64,000 nucleotides of DNA from Candidatus Doudnabacteria bacterium RIFCSPHIGHO2_02_FULL_42_25. Its GTDB lineage: Bacteria; Patescibacteriota; Doudnabacteria; UBA920; O2-02-FULL-48-8. Of this stretch, positions 46,973 through 57,020 are shown one piece after another (the first letter of the stretch is position 1; every line of letters begins with the position of its first letter). The position numbers were made by a program, and so were the translations under genes. The stretch covers positions 278,300 through 342,299 of the forward strand of contig MFEQ01000006.1 of assembly GCA_001777665.1 (NCBI GenBank), given 5' to 3'. The notes under the pieces are model-generated. The model did not search any database, was not told where the DNA came from, and saw only the letters and a program-made list of their open reading frames with translations.

Positions 46973-48718
46973 ATGAGTAATATCTGGTTACAAATCAAAA
47001 ACTTTTTTCGCAATTTTTGGTTGGGAATACGAACATTGCGAACCCTGCGCCGAGGGCAGATTCCTCATATCCTCGAAAACTTTTCGAAAAAAGAATTCTA
47101 TACATTTATCGCCACCTTATTCTTCCTTGTGATCAGCGGTGGTTTTTTACTTGTCCAAGCATTTGCCGAAAAGGGTCCAGGCCCTCACTATGGTGGCGAA
47201 ATCGTGGAAGGGCTGGTGGGTCAACCTCAATTTATAAACCCACTTCTATCGCTAACCAGCAGCGTCGACACCGATGTCAGTCGAGTGGTCTATGCTCAGT
47301 TACTCAAATTTGATCAAGAACAAAATTTGACCACGGATTTAGCAGAAAGCATACCGACCGTAAGTGAAGACCAAAAAACTTATACTCTGAAACTAAAACC
47401 GAATCTTAAATGGTCAGATGGTAAGCCTCTCAATGCTGACGACGTCTTGTTTACCATCCAACGAATTCAAAATATCGAGTATGAATCCCCGCTTCGCCCG
47501 AACTGGTCTCGGGTCAAAGCCGAAAAAATTGATGATTTGAGTATTCAACTTACATTGCGCGAAGTTTCAGCAAGCTTCATGAACAATTTTACACTAGGCA
47601 TCATCCCGAAACACATCTGGGAAGAGCTCTCCCCTCGGAATTTCCGACTTTCTGACTCCAACCTCAAACCAATTGGCTCAGGACCATACACTGTGCGCGA
47701 AATTCGTAAAACTTCTGATGGTGACATCAAATCTATCACTTTGCGTGCCAACCAAAACTATCACGAAGGCTCTCCATATATCACGACTCTGACCTTCAGG
47801 TTTTACGATGACTACGATAGTTTGCTTGCAGCATACCAAGGCAAAGAAATCCAGAGCATAGGGTTTTTGCCATTTGATAAAAAAGCATTTCTATCCCAAT
47901 CCGATCGTGTAAATCAATACCGAGTCAACCTGCCCCAGTACCAAGCCGTATTTTTTAATCTCCCGAAGAATTCCATCCTCGCCGAAAAAGCTGTCCGTCA
48001 AGCGCTATGGCTCGCCACAGACCGCAACCAAATCATCACAGAAGTATTCAATGACAATGCCGCTCCCGCATTCGGTCCCATCTTACCGGGGAGTATGGGA
48101 TACAACGAAAAAATTGAAGAAAGTGTCCACTACAATCTCGATGAAGCAGTGATATTGTTAGAAAAGGCTGGATGGGTACTTCCACCTAACTCAACTGTGC
48201 GTGCCAAAAAAGATAAATTGTTAGAATTTAATTTAGCGCTCTCAGGAAATTTGGTTTTAAATGTCAAAACCGCGCAGCTACTCCAAAGCCAGTGGGAAAA
48301 AATCGGGGTTAAAATAAATTTAATTCCAGTCGGACCTGATGAACTCGAAACTGATTTCATCAGACCCCGCGCATTTGATGCATTACTTTTTTCTGAAAAT
48401 GTCGGGGCTGATCCAGACCCATTTCCATTCTGGCATGGGACCCAACGCAACGACCCTGGTCTCAATCTTTCTGGGTTTGTAAACACAGAAGCTGATAAAT
48501 TACTCACAGATGCCAGACAAACCATCGACGAAGCAACTCGGGTCAAAAATTATTTACGGTTCCAGGAAATTATCAATGATGAACTGCCTGCGATCTTTCT
48601 AGCCCGTTCTCTCTATATCTACAATGTCCCGAAAAAAATCCAGGGCATTAACCTCGACAATATCGTCAGCCCAGCTGACCGCTTCCTCGACATTAAGAAC
48701 TGGTATTTTAGTAACTAA
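46973..48718 (+). CDS. ABC transporter substrate-binding protein, family 5 (peptide/nickel type)
   Basis: N-terminal TM anchor followed by an SBP_bac_5-like core. Confidence 0.75.
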   Translation: MSNIWLQIKNFFRNFWLGIRTLRTLRRGQIPHILENFSKKEFYTFIATLFFLVISGGFLLVQAFAEKGPGPHYGGEIVEGLVGQPQFINPLLSLTSSVDTDVSRVVYAQLLKFDQEQNLTTDLAESIPTVSEDQKTYTLKLKPNLKWSDGKPLNADDVLFTIQRIQNIEYESPLRPNWSRVKAEKIDDLSIQLTLREVSASFMNNFTLGIIPKHIWEELSPRNFRLSDSNLKPIGSGPYTVREIRKTSDGDIKSITLRANQNYHEGSPYITTLTFRFYDDYDSLLAAYQGKEIQSIGFLPFDKKAFLSQSDRVNQYRVNLPQYQAVFFNLPKNSILAEKAVRQALWLATDRNQIITEVFNDNAAPAFGPILPGSMGYNEKIEESVHYNLDEAVILLEKAGWVLPPNSTVRAKKDKLLEFNLALSGNLVLNVKTAQLLQSQWEKIGVKINLIPVGPDELETDFIRPRAFDALLFSENVGADPDPFPFWHGTQRNDPGLNLSGFVNTEADKLLTDARQTIDEATRVKNYLRFQEIINDELPAIFLARSLYIYNVPKKIQGINLDNIVSPADRFLDIKNWYFSN

Positions 48719-48739
48719 CCTGATAAAATATTAAACACT

Positions 48740-49273
48740 ATGAAATGCCCAAATAATCACGAATCATTTCAAGAAATTAAATTTGGCAACGTAAAAGTTG
48801 ATCGATGTTCTGAGTGCGAAGGATTGTGGTTTAACCATGATGAATTGAGACAGGCTAAAGACGTCCAAGATGAGTATGCCAAGTGGTTTGATGTGGATCT
48901 TTGGAAAGATGAAAAAGATTTTAAATCAACATCGAGTACCAAACTCTGTCCGATCGACAACGTTCCTCTGTATGAAATCGATTATGGTAATTCGGGAGTT
49001 AAAATTGATGCCTGTAAAACTTGCCAAGGGATTTGGTTAGATAAAGATGAATTCAAACACTTGATAGATTATATAAAAAAAAGCTATCCGTACGATCTGG
49101 CCTTTAATTATACGAAATCTATTCTTGAAGAAGGTAAAGAAATCTTTACTGGTCCAGAAAGTTTAAAATCAGAAATTACAGATTTCTTATTACTGGTAAA
49201 ACTCGTTCAGTTTAAAGTTTTTATAAGTCCTACGCTAACTAACGTCATTCTGAATCTGCCTCTGACAAAATAA
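48740..49273 (+). CDS. tandem zinc-ribbon domain protein
   Basis: Two CP..H…C.EC / CP…C.TC ribbon modules are present. Confidence 0.55.
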   Translation: MKCPNNHESFQEIKFGNVKVDRCSECEGLWFNHDELRQAKDVQDEYAKWFDVDLWKDEKDFKSTSSTKLCPIDNVPLYEIDYGNSGVKIDACKTCQGIWLDKDEFKHLIDYIKKSYPYDLAFNYTKSILEEGKEIFTGPESLKSEITDFLLLVKLVQFKVFISPTLTNVILNLPLTK

Positions 49274-49281
49274 AGTTTTCA

Positions 49282-49352
49282 GGGTACGTGGCGGAATCCC
49301 GGTAGCAGACGCTTCGCGTCGCTACGGGGCAGGCTGGAATATTTATCCCGTA
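49282..49352 (+). other. tRNA-like fragment (acceptor-like GGGTACG … CCCGTAC)
   Basis: GC-rich and partially foldable. It shares its acceptor-stem sequence with the truncated tRNA-like element at 49487-49558. Confidence 0.3.
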
Positions 49353-49369
49353 CTAAATTTTGCAAGTAT

Positions 49370-49456
49370 GCTCGAGTGGTGGAACTGGCATACACGTACG
49401 CTTCAGGAGCGTATGACCGCAAGGTCGTGGGAGTTCAAATCTCCCCTCGAGCACCA
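49370..49456 (+). tRNA. tRNA-Leu (anticodon CAG), class II with long variable arm
   Basis: GCTCGAG…TACGC-TTCAGGA-GCGTA-(long variable arm)-GGAGTTCAAATCTCC-CCTCGAGC-A-CCA. Confidence 0.85.
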
Positions 49457-49486
49457 AAATCAATTTGATAACTCAGCAAAATTTTA

Positions 49487-49558
49487 GTACGGAGCGCGCA
49501 CGCTTCAGGAGCGTGTGGGAGCAATCCCGTGAGAGTTCAAATCTCTCCGTACCCGCCA
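49487..49558 (+). other. truncated tRNA-Leu-like partial duplicate
   Basis: It lacks a D-arm. The anticodon arm CACGC-TTCAGGA-GCGTG is a copy of the tRNA-Leu arm. A variable arm and a T-arm are present. Confidence 0.4.
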
Positions 49559-49577
49559 AAATAATACATTTACCCAT

Positions 49578-49628
49578 CCCGGACTTGACCTGCCTGCCGG
49601 CAAGCAGGTCCGGGATCTTCTTTTTTTT
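49578..49628 (+). terminator. rho-independent terminator
   Basis: CCCGGACTTGACCTGC-CTGCC-GGCAAGCAGGTCCGGG followed by T8. Confidence 0.8.
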
Positions 49629-49859
49629 GTGGGGTTTCCAGCATTTATATCGCATCTGCGAGCGACTGCTTTATCGATAAAGCGTTAACCTGGGCAGTCG
49701 CGTGGCAGTCTAAAACCCAAGCCAACCATGAGTCAGATTGCTTCGTCGGTGCCTAAGCTAATCCCTTAAGGACAAAGCACCTCCTCGCAAATGCGGTGGG
49801 TTCTCCAACCCTGATGGAACAAGGATATAATTGCATTAGCAATATTAACCCTTGTAACC

Positions 49860-50654
49860 ATGATCGCAGCATTAAACCAAATCCCCTCAGAAGCCAAGAT
49901 TAAGAAACAATTAAGGCTAATCATCTTTGGTCAGAACGTTTCATGTCCCCATTGCCGGTCTAGAAGAATCATTGTTTTTGAGAAGCGATATCGTTGCAGA
50001 AGATGCCGGAAACGATTTAGCCTGTTGTCAGGTACCTGGCTTGCTGATATGAAAATTTCCCTCAGAACAATGTATGCGCTACTCTGGTGTTGGACCCAAA
50101 GGATTCCGGTATTGCAAACAGAGAAACTCTGTCATCTCTCAGAAAAGGCAGTCAGACACTGGTTTAGGGTCTTTAGGCTCCATTTGCCCCAGGTAGAGGC
50201 CGTTCTAGAGGGGAAGGTCCAAATGGATGAAGCATACTTTAAGAATCTTTCTCTGATCATGGCCAAACAGGTTGGCAGCAAACACCTAGCCCATCAGATG
50301 ATATTTAAAAACTCCGTAGACAAGACTGAAACAGCAAGATTCCTTTTCCATTGGGTCAAGCCTAACAGTAAACTGCAAACCGATGGCGGGGCGATGTACA
50401 AAAAGATTGACCAGTGGTGGCAAGTCAAGCATCGAGTTGATATTCATAAAAGATTCGAATTTGGCTTAACCTCAGAGATCGAAGGGATGTTCGGGAACTT
50501 AAGAACATTTATCCGAAGAATGTATCACCACACCAGCCCTGAATACTTACCAGAGTACGTGAGTGAATTCTGCGTCAGATTTTCCTCACCGGAAATCTTT
50601 AGTTCACCCAATGATTACTTATCTAAAACATTAAAGCCTGTTCCAACACGGTAG
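49860..50654 (+). mobile_element. IS1595-family (ISXO2-like) transposase gene
   Basis: N-terminal zinc ribbon (CPHCRS…CRRCRKRF) and a DDE core with a 'VQMDEAYF' motif are present. It lies between the tRNA-Leu cluster and a GC-rich island. Confidence 0.7.
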
Positions 50655-50838
50655 GATTACCCAATGCGGTCGTCTTGACAAAACCGCCAAAAAGGTGTAT
50701 AATTGTTGGTCAAAATAGAAAAACGAGCTTAGCAATTTGCGCATAAAATATTTATGCTTAAGATGCTCAGCTTGTGGTGATCCATATGAGGTGGATACAC
50801 AAGGGAGTCCTGGCTCAGGTAGAGCGATTACGGAGGAG

Positions 50839-51168
50839 ATGGAAATGGCATTGAAGCTCGACGAGATGAAAGCGTCTGCAACGAGTCAGTTCGAGAAACT
50901 CGTCCTCGAGAAATTCGAATTCATGTGCAACCATGTCTACGCAAGCAACATCAAGCACTACCTCGACGAGGTGAACGAGCTGATCAGGGCCGCCCGGAAG
51001 CTCCATGTGACCGAGTCATCGACGTTCGGTGACGATGAGATCAAGACGGCAGTCGATGACCTCGCGGCTTTGCGAACGTTGAAGATGAACGACGAGACGC
51101 GTGCCTATCTCACCCCGCTCTTCGAACTGCACGGTCTGGACAGCATCATCGCGCAGCCCAAGAAGTAG
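50839..51168 (+). CDS. hypothetical protein (GC-rich island)
   Basis: SD GGAGGAG before the ATG. GC content ~57%. Confidence 0.5.
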   Translation: MEMALKLDEMKASATSQFEKLVLEKFEFMCNHVYASNIKHYLDEVNELIRAARKLHVTESSTFGDDEIKTAVDDLAALRTLKMNDETRAYLTPLFELHGLDSIIAQPKK

Positions 51169-51343
51169 CTCGACGGGCGAGCGTGTCGCAGACACGCTCG
51201 CCTCCCCTTTCTCAAGTTTTCATTAAATTGCAGTTATGTTCATTGTTACGTGATTCTTGTACATGACTTTAGTCCAATGAGCGCTTACATAGGCTCAGAC
51301 GTTCTCAAAACCGGCTTTCTCTGCCACCTAAGGAGGGCTAGAG

Positions 51344-51610
51344 ATGAATTTAATTCGACGTTTCGTGGAAGCCTTTCGGCTGACCCTGCTTCGTCTGGAA
51401 TTGGCCCTACTCAAGTGGGATTGGACCGATTGCACGAATCGGATGATCGCGATCGGCAAGGCTATGGACGAGCTTTTTGAGGCCCGGCCCAAAGTTCCCG
51501 ATTTTGACAAGCAGGTCACTTACCTTCGCGTGCAATATCATGCCACCGTTAGTCTCAGGAACGAGGCTGAAAAACGGATCAACGCAATCAAGCGCAACAA
51601 TCCGCTTTAG
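51344..51610 (+). CDS. hypothetical protein (GC-rich island)
   Basis: SD AAGGAGGG. 88 aa. Confidence 0.5.
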   Translation: MNLIRRFVEAFRLTLLRLELALLKWDWTDCTNRMIAIGKAMDELFEARPKVPDFDKQVTYLRVQYHATVSLRNEAEKRINAIKRNNPL

Positions 51611-51649
51611 GGTTACCATTCAACCGCAACACTTTCAGGAGACTCGCAA

Positions 51650-52513
51650 ATGACACGCATTCTCTCCCTCATCGTCCTCCTTGTCCTCGGCTTCGCGTTC
51701 ACGGTCTCGGCGCAGGAGCGCGTCACGATCACGCCGGTTCTCGAGTTCGGCAACTACAGCCACAGCGTCGACACCAGCGAAGGAGCCTCCGGATACGCCA
51801 GCACCGTATCGAAGCACAGCACGGTGCAGAAAGGCTTCGAAGTCCGGATGATCGGCAACGCTCGCTGGTCGACGAAGCTCCGCTTCACCACTGGTGGTAT
51901 CGACACCCCGAAGTACCGGCTGCAGTACAACGACGGTCGGGTCGACTCGTCCGGTTACTTCGAGAACACCACGAACGCACTGTTCGAGTTCAACGGAAGC
52001 AGCCGCGTTCTGGAAGCCATGGGCGAATACAGCCGCGGTCCGCTCACCTACCGATTCGGTGTTGGGTATCGCTTGCTGGAAACCGAGGATGCCGGGACGA
52101 TTTACGAGTTCTCTGGGTTCTCAGGGTTTAGCCGCGACGTTCGGAGCACAATCAGCGAAAGCTTCTTTGCGCCGAAGGTCGGCATCACTGCCAAGCATCG
52201 GTTCAACAAGCTCACTCCTCACGCGACAGTTGATCTCGCTCCGATGATCCGGCATGCCGGCCACTACACTTACCGTAGCGAAGGGTATCCGGACTACGAA
52301 AAGACCGGATCGACTTGGTCGTCGCGCGGACTCGATGTGGACCTCGGTGCGAGCTACTCAGTCCACAAGTACGTCGCGGTTGGCGCCGGTTGGCGGTATT
52401 CACGGATCTACACGGAGCGAACGGACTACCTGTTCACGAATCCGTACGGGCCGTCATTCCCCAACAACGACACCTGGGGAGGCCCATACTTCTCAGTCCG
52501 ACTCCAGAAGTAG
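51650..52513 (+). CDS. predicted outer-membrane beta-barrel protein with signal peptide (GC-rich island)
   Basis: A cleavable signal peptide ends …VSA|QE. Alternating hydrophobic beta-strand pattern, aromatic girdle residues and a C-terminal …YFSVRLQK are present. Confidence 0.5.
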   Translation: MTRILSLIVLLVLGFAFTVSAQERVTITPVLEFGNYSHSVDTSEGASGYASTVSKHSTVQKGFEVRMIGNARWSTKLRFTTGGIDTPKYRLQYNDGRVDSSGYFENTTNALFEFNGSSRVLEAMGEYSRGPLTYRFGVGYRLLETEDAGTIYEFSGFSGFSRDVRSTISESFFAPKVGITAKHRFNKLTPHATVDLAPMIRHAGHYTYRSEGYPDYEKTGSTWSSRGLDVDLGASYSVHKYVAVGAGWRYSRIYTERTDYLFTNPYGPSFPNNDTWGGPYFSVRLQK

Positions 52514-52543
52514 TTCGGTTCATCTCGTTCAACGTTTCCCCGA

Positions 52544-52582
52544 GGCGGACGCGCGCAAGCGCTGTCCGCCTCTTCTTTTTTT
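52544..52582 (+). terminator. rho-independent terminator, island copy 1
   Basis: GGCGGACGCGCGCAAGCGCTGTCCGCC followed by a T-run. Confidence 0.8.
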
Positions 52583-52644
52583 AATTGTTGATTAAAGCTG
52601 CAAAAAATGCTATAAATTATAGTTCGTCAACAAGGAGGAAGACG

Positions 52645-53931
52645 ATGCATTGGTCACAGAAAAACGAAGACTCACACTTCGAGTACACCCAGAGCCTTCG
52701 CGATCAAGCACTGGGTCGAATCCTATGGGGTAAAATTCTGCTAGTGGCAGCAGCAGTATTTGTCGCAGTTCCATTCACAGTGGAGCGCGGCACCTGGGCC
52801 GCCGGAGTACTGGCTTTGATCCAGTTCGGGTTCATCTCCATCGGCTGGCGGCTGATCTACTTCAACCGTGTGACATTGTTCGACCTTCGGGATCGGTTTT
52901 GTTCTCGTAAGCTTATTCCCGAATCCCGTAGGTTTCGCAGGCTCAATCCGAGGGTCCACATTTGGATCCCAAAGATGAAGATCTTCTGCAAAACCAACGA
53001 CCTTCGGGAACTGGAACAGCGGTTTCTCGATTATCTTCACCGGGAGTTCCGACTCTTTCAGCATGAAGATCAACTCCATAAATGGGTGCCTATCAATAAC
53101 CGACTTTGGGAAGATCTTGAAGTCGATCTCCGCACCCGCTTCTATCTCAAAGAGGAGACAATCGACGAAATCTTCGCGAAGTGGAAGACGAGTCCCCCTC
53201 AGCCAGCGCGACGGAAGCAGTTTGTCCAAAAACTTACTGCTGCCCTAGAACACAAACAGTTCACACTCCGCTTGCAACGGCCGAAAGTGAACTCTGACTC
53301 CGCTGGTGAGAAAGTTGCTCCTGCTGCACCTTTTGATCCTATAGTGTTCTATGAACTGGAAGCGTCAAACGCCGTGAAGCCTGAAGCAATTGCACTTTAC
53401 AAACGCGGACTAAATGAACCCGAACGAAGGAAAAAAATCCGGTTATTCAAACAGGCGACTTGGATTGAGCGCCAATCTGAAAAACAGGAACCAGTACCCC
53501 TACAGGCTGACGTTAACCAGTTTTCGGCAACACCTCGAGAAGTTGAAGTTTTGGACCTCAGTGGTCTGATCGAGGAGCAGCTGTCGAAATTCATTCGCCC
53601 AGGTATCGATCCACGGATGGCAGTGGAAATCCTCATGGTCCTGGCTTCTCCAAGGCGTCGATTCAGGATCTGGGGTGATGAAACGGTCTTGGTTCGTCGG
53701 ATTCGTCGACGTTATGAAATTACCACCGGAAAACCATTTGAGCTGAGTACTCTTCGCAACACACTCAACTGGTTATCTGGCATTGGCGTCGTGATTTCAG
53801 AACCGGCGAAGTCCAATACTGTCGTCTACCACATCCCACGAAACTCTTCGTCAGCCCGAACTGACGAAGCGAAAGAGCTGATTCGAACAGTGTCAAAACT
53901 GCGAGAACTTCTCATTTCTGGGAAATACTAA
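52645..53931 (+). CDS. hypothetical protein with N-terminal TM hairpin (GC-rich island)
   Basis: SD AAGGAGGAAG. The likely start is the Met at 52645 (MHWSQ…). No recognised domain. Confidence 0.5.
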   Translation: MHWSQKNEDSHFEYTQSLRDQALGRILWGKILLVAAAVFVAVPFTVERGTWAAGVLALIQFGFISIGWRLIYFNRVTLFDLRDRFCSRKLIPESRRFRRLNPRVHIWIPKMKIFCKTNDLRELEQRFLDYLHREFRLFQHEDQLHKWVPINNRLWEDLEVDLRTRFYLKEETIDEIFAKWKTSPPQPARRKQFVQKLTAALEHKQFTLRLQRPKVNSDSAGEKVAPAAPFDPIVFYELEASNAVKPEAIALYKRGLNEPERRKKIRLFKQATWIERQSEKQEPVPLQADVNQFSATPREVEVLDLSGLIEEQLSKFIRPGIDPRMAVEILMVLASPRRRFRIWGDETVLVRRIRRRYEITTGKPFELSTLRNTLNWLSGIGVVISEPAKSNTVVYHIPRNSSSARTDEAKELIRTVSKLRELLISGKY

Positions 53932-53936
53932 ACTCA

Positions 53937-53975
53937 GGCGGACGCGCGCAAGCGTGTCCGCCTCTTTTCTTTATT
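53937..53975 (+). terminator. rho-independent terminator, island copy 2 (near-identical to 52544-52582)
   Basis: GGCGGACGCGCGCAAGCGTGTCCGCC followed by a T-run. Confidence 0.8.
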
Positions 53976-53979
53976 TGCG

Positions 53980-54088
53980 GAAGCGAGGCACTTTGTAAAA
54001 TTAGCTCTCGCAGGACGACGGTCCGAGAGCGCAGGCCAAAAATTCAGCAGAATTTTATGGCCGGTAATTTTACAACAGTGCCGAGCTG
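53980..54088 (+). ncRNA. ~110-nt conserved structured element, copy 3, upstream of rnj
   Basis: It aligns with copies 1 and 2 and directly abuts the -35 box of the rnj promoter. Confidence 0.55.
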
Positions 54089-54092
54089 TTAT

Positions 54093-54121
54093 TGACAATT
54101 CGCGCGGCTGGGTGTATAATA
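54093..54121 (+). promoter_or_regulatory. sigma70 promoter for rnj
   Basis: TTGACA, a 17-nt spacer, then TATAAT. Confidence 0.7.
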
Positions 54122-54247
54122 TATCTACATTGAATTACTCTTGAAAAAGTAAATAATCTAGTTAATACGATAAAGTTCGTATTTTTTGTGGATTTTCTTG
54201 TGTTAACTAGCGCTCAAGCCTTGGGTCAAGCCCTGCTTCGCGCTTGT

Positions 54248-54325
54248 CTACGAAGTACGAAAAGCTACGAAAATACGAAAAAGGTTAACCACTTCGTAAT
54301 TTCGTAAAAAATTCGTACTTCGTAG
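54248..54325. repeat. TACGAA×4 / TTCGTA×4 palindromic element in the rnj leader region
   Basis: CTACGAAGTACGAAAAGCTACGAAAATACGAAAAAGGTTAACCACTTCGTAATTTCGTAAAAAATTCGTACTTCGTAG. Confidence 0.75.
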
Positions 54326-54364
54326 ATAAAATTTACCATTAGCATTAACACAAGAATAAATTTT

Positions 54365-56113
54365 ATGATTTTGCGTAAACAGCAAAACACCGCGGTTGCA
54401 ACACGACCGCAAGAACAAAAAGCGACTCCGCCAGCTGGCGGAAAAGCGACTTTAAAGGTCATCCCTCTCGGAGGTATCGAAGAAGTCGGGGAAAACATGA
54501 CAGTCCTAGAATATGGCGATGATATTCTCGTCATCGATATGGGACTTGGGTTCCCTGACGAAACCATGCCCGGGATCGACTACATCATTCCAAATACCAA
54601 ATATTTGGAAGATAACAAAAAGCGCATCAAAGGAGTAATTATTACTCACGGTCACTTGGACCACATAGGAGCCATTCCCTACATCATGCCGAAAATTGGC
54701 GATCCGCCAATCTACACCATGAAATTAACCGGTGAGCTGATTAAGAAGCGTTTGGAAGAATTCCATTTGCTCGGTCGCTCCCAGATTCATGAATTGAACA
54801 AAGACGATATTTTGACTTTGGGCAATTTCAGTATTCGATTTTTCCGAATCAACCACAACATCCCTGATGGTGTGGGGCTGGCGATCAAAACTCCAGCAGG
54901 ATTGCTGGTCTACGCTACTGACTGGAAATTCGATCACACACCAGTCGATGGTCGTCCATCAGAATTCGACAAACTAGCCAACTATGGCGGTGAGGGTGTG
55001 GCTCTGCTCATGTCAGATTCCACTAACGCCGAAAAGCCAGGCTATTCTATGTCTGAGAAAACTTTGGGAGAAACAATTGATCGGATTTTGCAAGATGCCA
55101 AAGGCCGTGTCATTTTCGCGACTTTCTCTACTCTGATTTCTCGTATCCAACAAGTTATCGATGCGGCTCACAAATCTAATCGCAAATTAGTAGTGACTGG
55201 ACGCTCCATGGTCAACAACATCGAAATTTGTTTGGCTACAAATTACCTGACGCTACCTGCTAAAGGTATGATTATAAAAATGGAACAAGCCAAAAAGCTT
55301 CCAGATAATCAAGTCGTCATTCTCACCACGGGTTCTCAAGGTGAAGAAGCAGCAGCCCTGGCTCGTATCGCGCGCAACGAGCACAAAACCATCCAGGTCA
55401 AAAAGGGAGATACTTGTGTAGTCTCAGCGAACCCAATTCCAGGGAACGAACGATCGGTTTCTTCCGTGCTTTCCAACCTGGCACGTCTGGGTGCTCGAGT
55501 TATCTATAATAAAAATCTAGACATTCACACTTCTGGACACGCTTATCAAGAAGATTTGAAGCTGATGATTGCTTTGACCAAACCCAAATTCTTCATGCCG
55601 ATTCACGGCGAGCATCACATGTTAGTGGCGCACGCCAATATCGCTTCGTCCGTCGGGATTCCCGATGATAACATCTTTACTCTGGACAATGGTCAGATGT
55701 TGGAACTAAGCACCACTGGAGTCCAGGTTCTGGAAGCCAAAATTCCAACTGGTTATGTTTTCGTCGATGGCCTGGGTGTTGGTGACGTCGGTGAAGTCGT
55801 CCTTCGCGACCGCCAAGTCATGGCCCAAGACGGCATGTTCGTCATCATTATGAAAATTGAACGCAACACCGGTAAAATTTCAGGACAACCTGACATTATC
55901 TCTCGCGGCTTTATCTATATGAAAGGATCAGAAGATCTGCTCAAAGAAGTAAAGCATGAAGTCAGAAAAGTTGTCGAAAGCAAAGGCAATGGCAAAGTCA
56001 AAGAACCCAACTGGGCCTATATCCGTTCCGAGGTTCGCGACCAAATCGGCGAATTTCTCTTCCAACGAACCGAACGCCGCCCAATGGTTTTGCCAGTAGT
56101 CATCGAGGTCTAA
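54365..56113 (+). CDS. rnj: ribonuclease J (metallo-beta-lactamase / beta-CASP RNase)
   Basis: HGHLDHIG motif, a beta-CASP region and a C-terminal domain are present. The N-terminal tail carries the in-frame PPAGG palindrome. Confidence 0.9.
   Translation: MILRKQQNTAVATRPQEQKATPPAGGKATLKVIPLGGIEEVGENMTVLEYGDDILVIDMGLGFPDETMPGIDYIIPNTKYLEDNKKRIKGVIITHGHLDHIGAIPYIMPKIGDPPIYTMKLTGELIKKRLEEFHLLGRSQIHELNKDDILTLGNFSIRFFRINHNIPDGVGLAIKTPAGLLVYATDWKFDHTPVDGRPSEFDKLANYGGEGVALLMSDSTNAEKPGYSMSEKTLGETIDRILQDAKGRVIFATFSTLISRIQQVIDAAHKSNRKLVVTGRSMVNNIEICLATNYLTLPAKGMIIKMEQAKKLPDNQVVILTTGSQGEEAAALARIARNEHKTIQVKKGDTCVVSANPIPGNERSVSSVLSNLARLGARVIYNKNLDIHTSGHAYQEDLKLMIALTKPKFFMPIHGEHHMLVAHANIASSVGIPDDNIFTLDNGQMLELSTTGVQVLEAKIPTGYVFVDGLGVGDVGEVVLRDRQVMAQDGMFVIIMKIERNTGKISGQPDIISRGFIYMKGSEDLLKEVKHEVRKVVESKGNGKVKEPNWAYIRSEVRDQIGEFLFQRTERRPMVLPVVIEV
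54428..54441. repeat. CCGCCAGCTGGCGG palindrome in-frame (PPAGG) in the rnj N-terminal tail
   Basis: Exact copy. Confidence 0.8.
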
Positions 56114-56114
56114 T

Positions 56115-56423
56115 ATGGAAGAACGAGACCGCCAAAGAGCTTTGGCAGAAATTGCTTCAGCCATCCGTCAGGAATTAGACAGTATACAAAGTGGTGAAGA
56201 ATTTCCAGGTACAAAAGCGTTTGAGTACATGCAAATCTTGCTTGATCTTATAGCTGACGAGACTGTTGCTCCACAAATTCCTAACATCAAGAAAAGCTTG
56301 GATGAAAGATTAAAAGAATTACAAGACGATTATAGTAAAGCTAGTCCTGAAGAGCGCTCAAAAATTGTTGAGAATATAAAAAAAGATCTTGAATCGTTCC
56401 TCAAACGATTCGAGTCAAGATAA
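56115..56423 (+). CDS. hypothetical small acidic protein
   Basis: 102 aa. Its start overlaps the rnj stop. Confidence 0.45.
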   Translation: MEERDRQRALAEIASAIRQELDSIQSGEEFPGTKAFEYMQILLDLIADETVAPQIPNIKKSLDERLKELQDDYSKASPEERSKIVENIKKDLESFLKRFESR

Positions 56424-56498
56424 TACAAACTAAAATCCCGGATCATTCCGGGGTTTTTATTTCCGAAAAAAGAGCCGCGAGTCATAATTTACTCGGGC

Positions 56499-56906
56499 TT
56501 AAGTTCTGGCGAGGACTTTTTCGTTCAGTCTCGTAAGATCGGCCTGGCATTGCGCTTCGTCCCGCGGAGGAACCGGAGGCAAACCGCACAAAGCCAAAAC
56601 TTTTGTTAGATCGATCACCGTCAGACTTTCCTTATGAGAAACTACCTTCCAGTTAATCCACTCGGTACCGCTGTCATCAGTAGTATGCTGGGATCCGAAA
56701 AGGAAGTCTGCCAGGACATGAGCCTGGAAGAAGGTTCCATAAAACGGTCCTCTCAACTGACGACTTTCACCGAGTTTGCGAGGATCGATGATGTCCCAAA
56801 AATCCGGGACTTCATACGTTTTTGTTTCAGGAAGAGCGGTCGAAGACAAGATAGCGAATGCCGCTTCGGTCTCGATCATGTTCACTCCTTTTTCTGATAT
56901 TACCAT
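56499..56906 (-). CDS. hypothetical protein
   Basis: 135-aa ORF with no recognised domain. Confidence 0.4.
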   Translation of the reverse strand: MVISEKGVNMIETEAAFAILSSTALPETKTYEVPDFWDIIDPRKLGESRQLRGPFYGTFFQAHVLADFLFGSQHTTDDSGTEWINWKVVSHKESLTVIDLTKVLALCGLPPVPPRDEAQCQADLTRLNEKVLART

Positions 56907-57020
56907 TTGAAAACTTCTCAGTCAACGCTGCCTATAAGAAATGGATCCCGGATCGCCCTTCACCTTAGGAGTATTCTAAAGAACGTAGCGTCCGGGATGG
57001 GTTATTGCTATAATATTACT

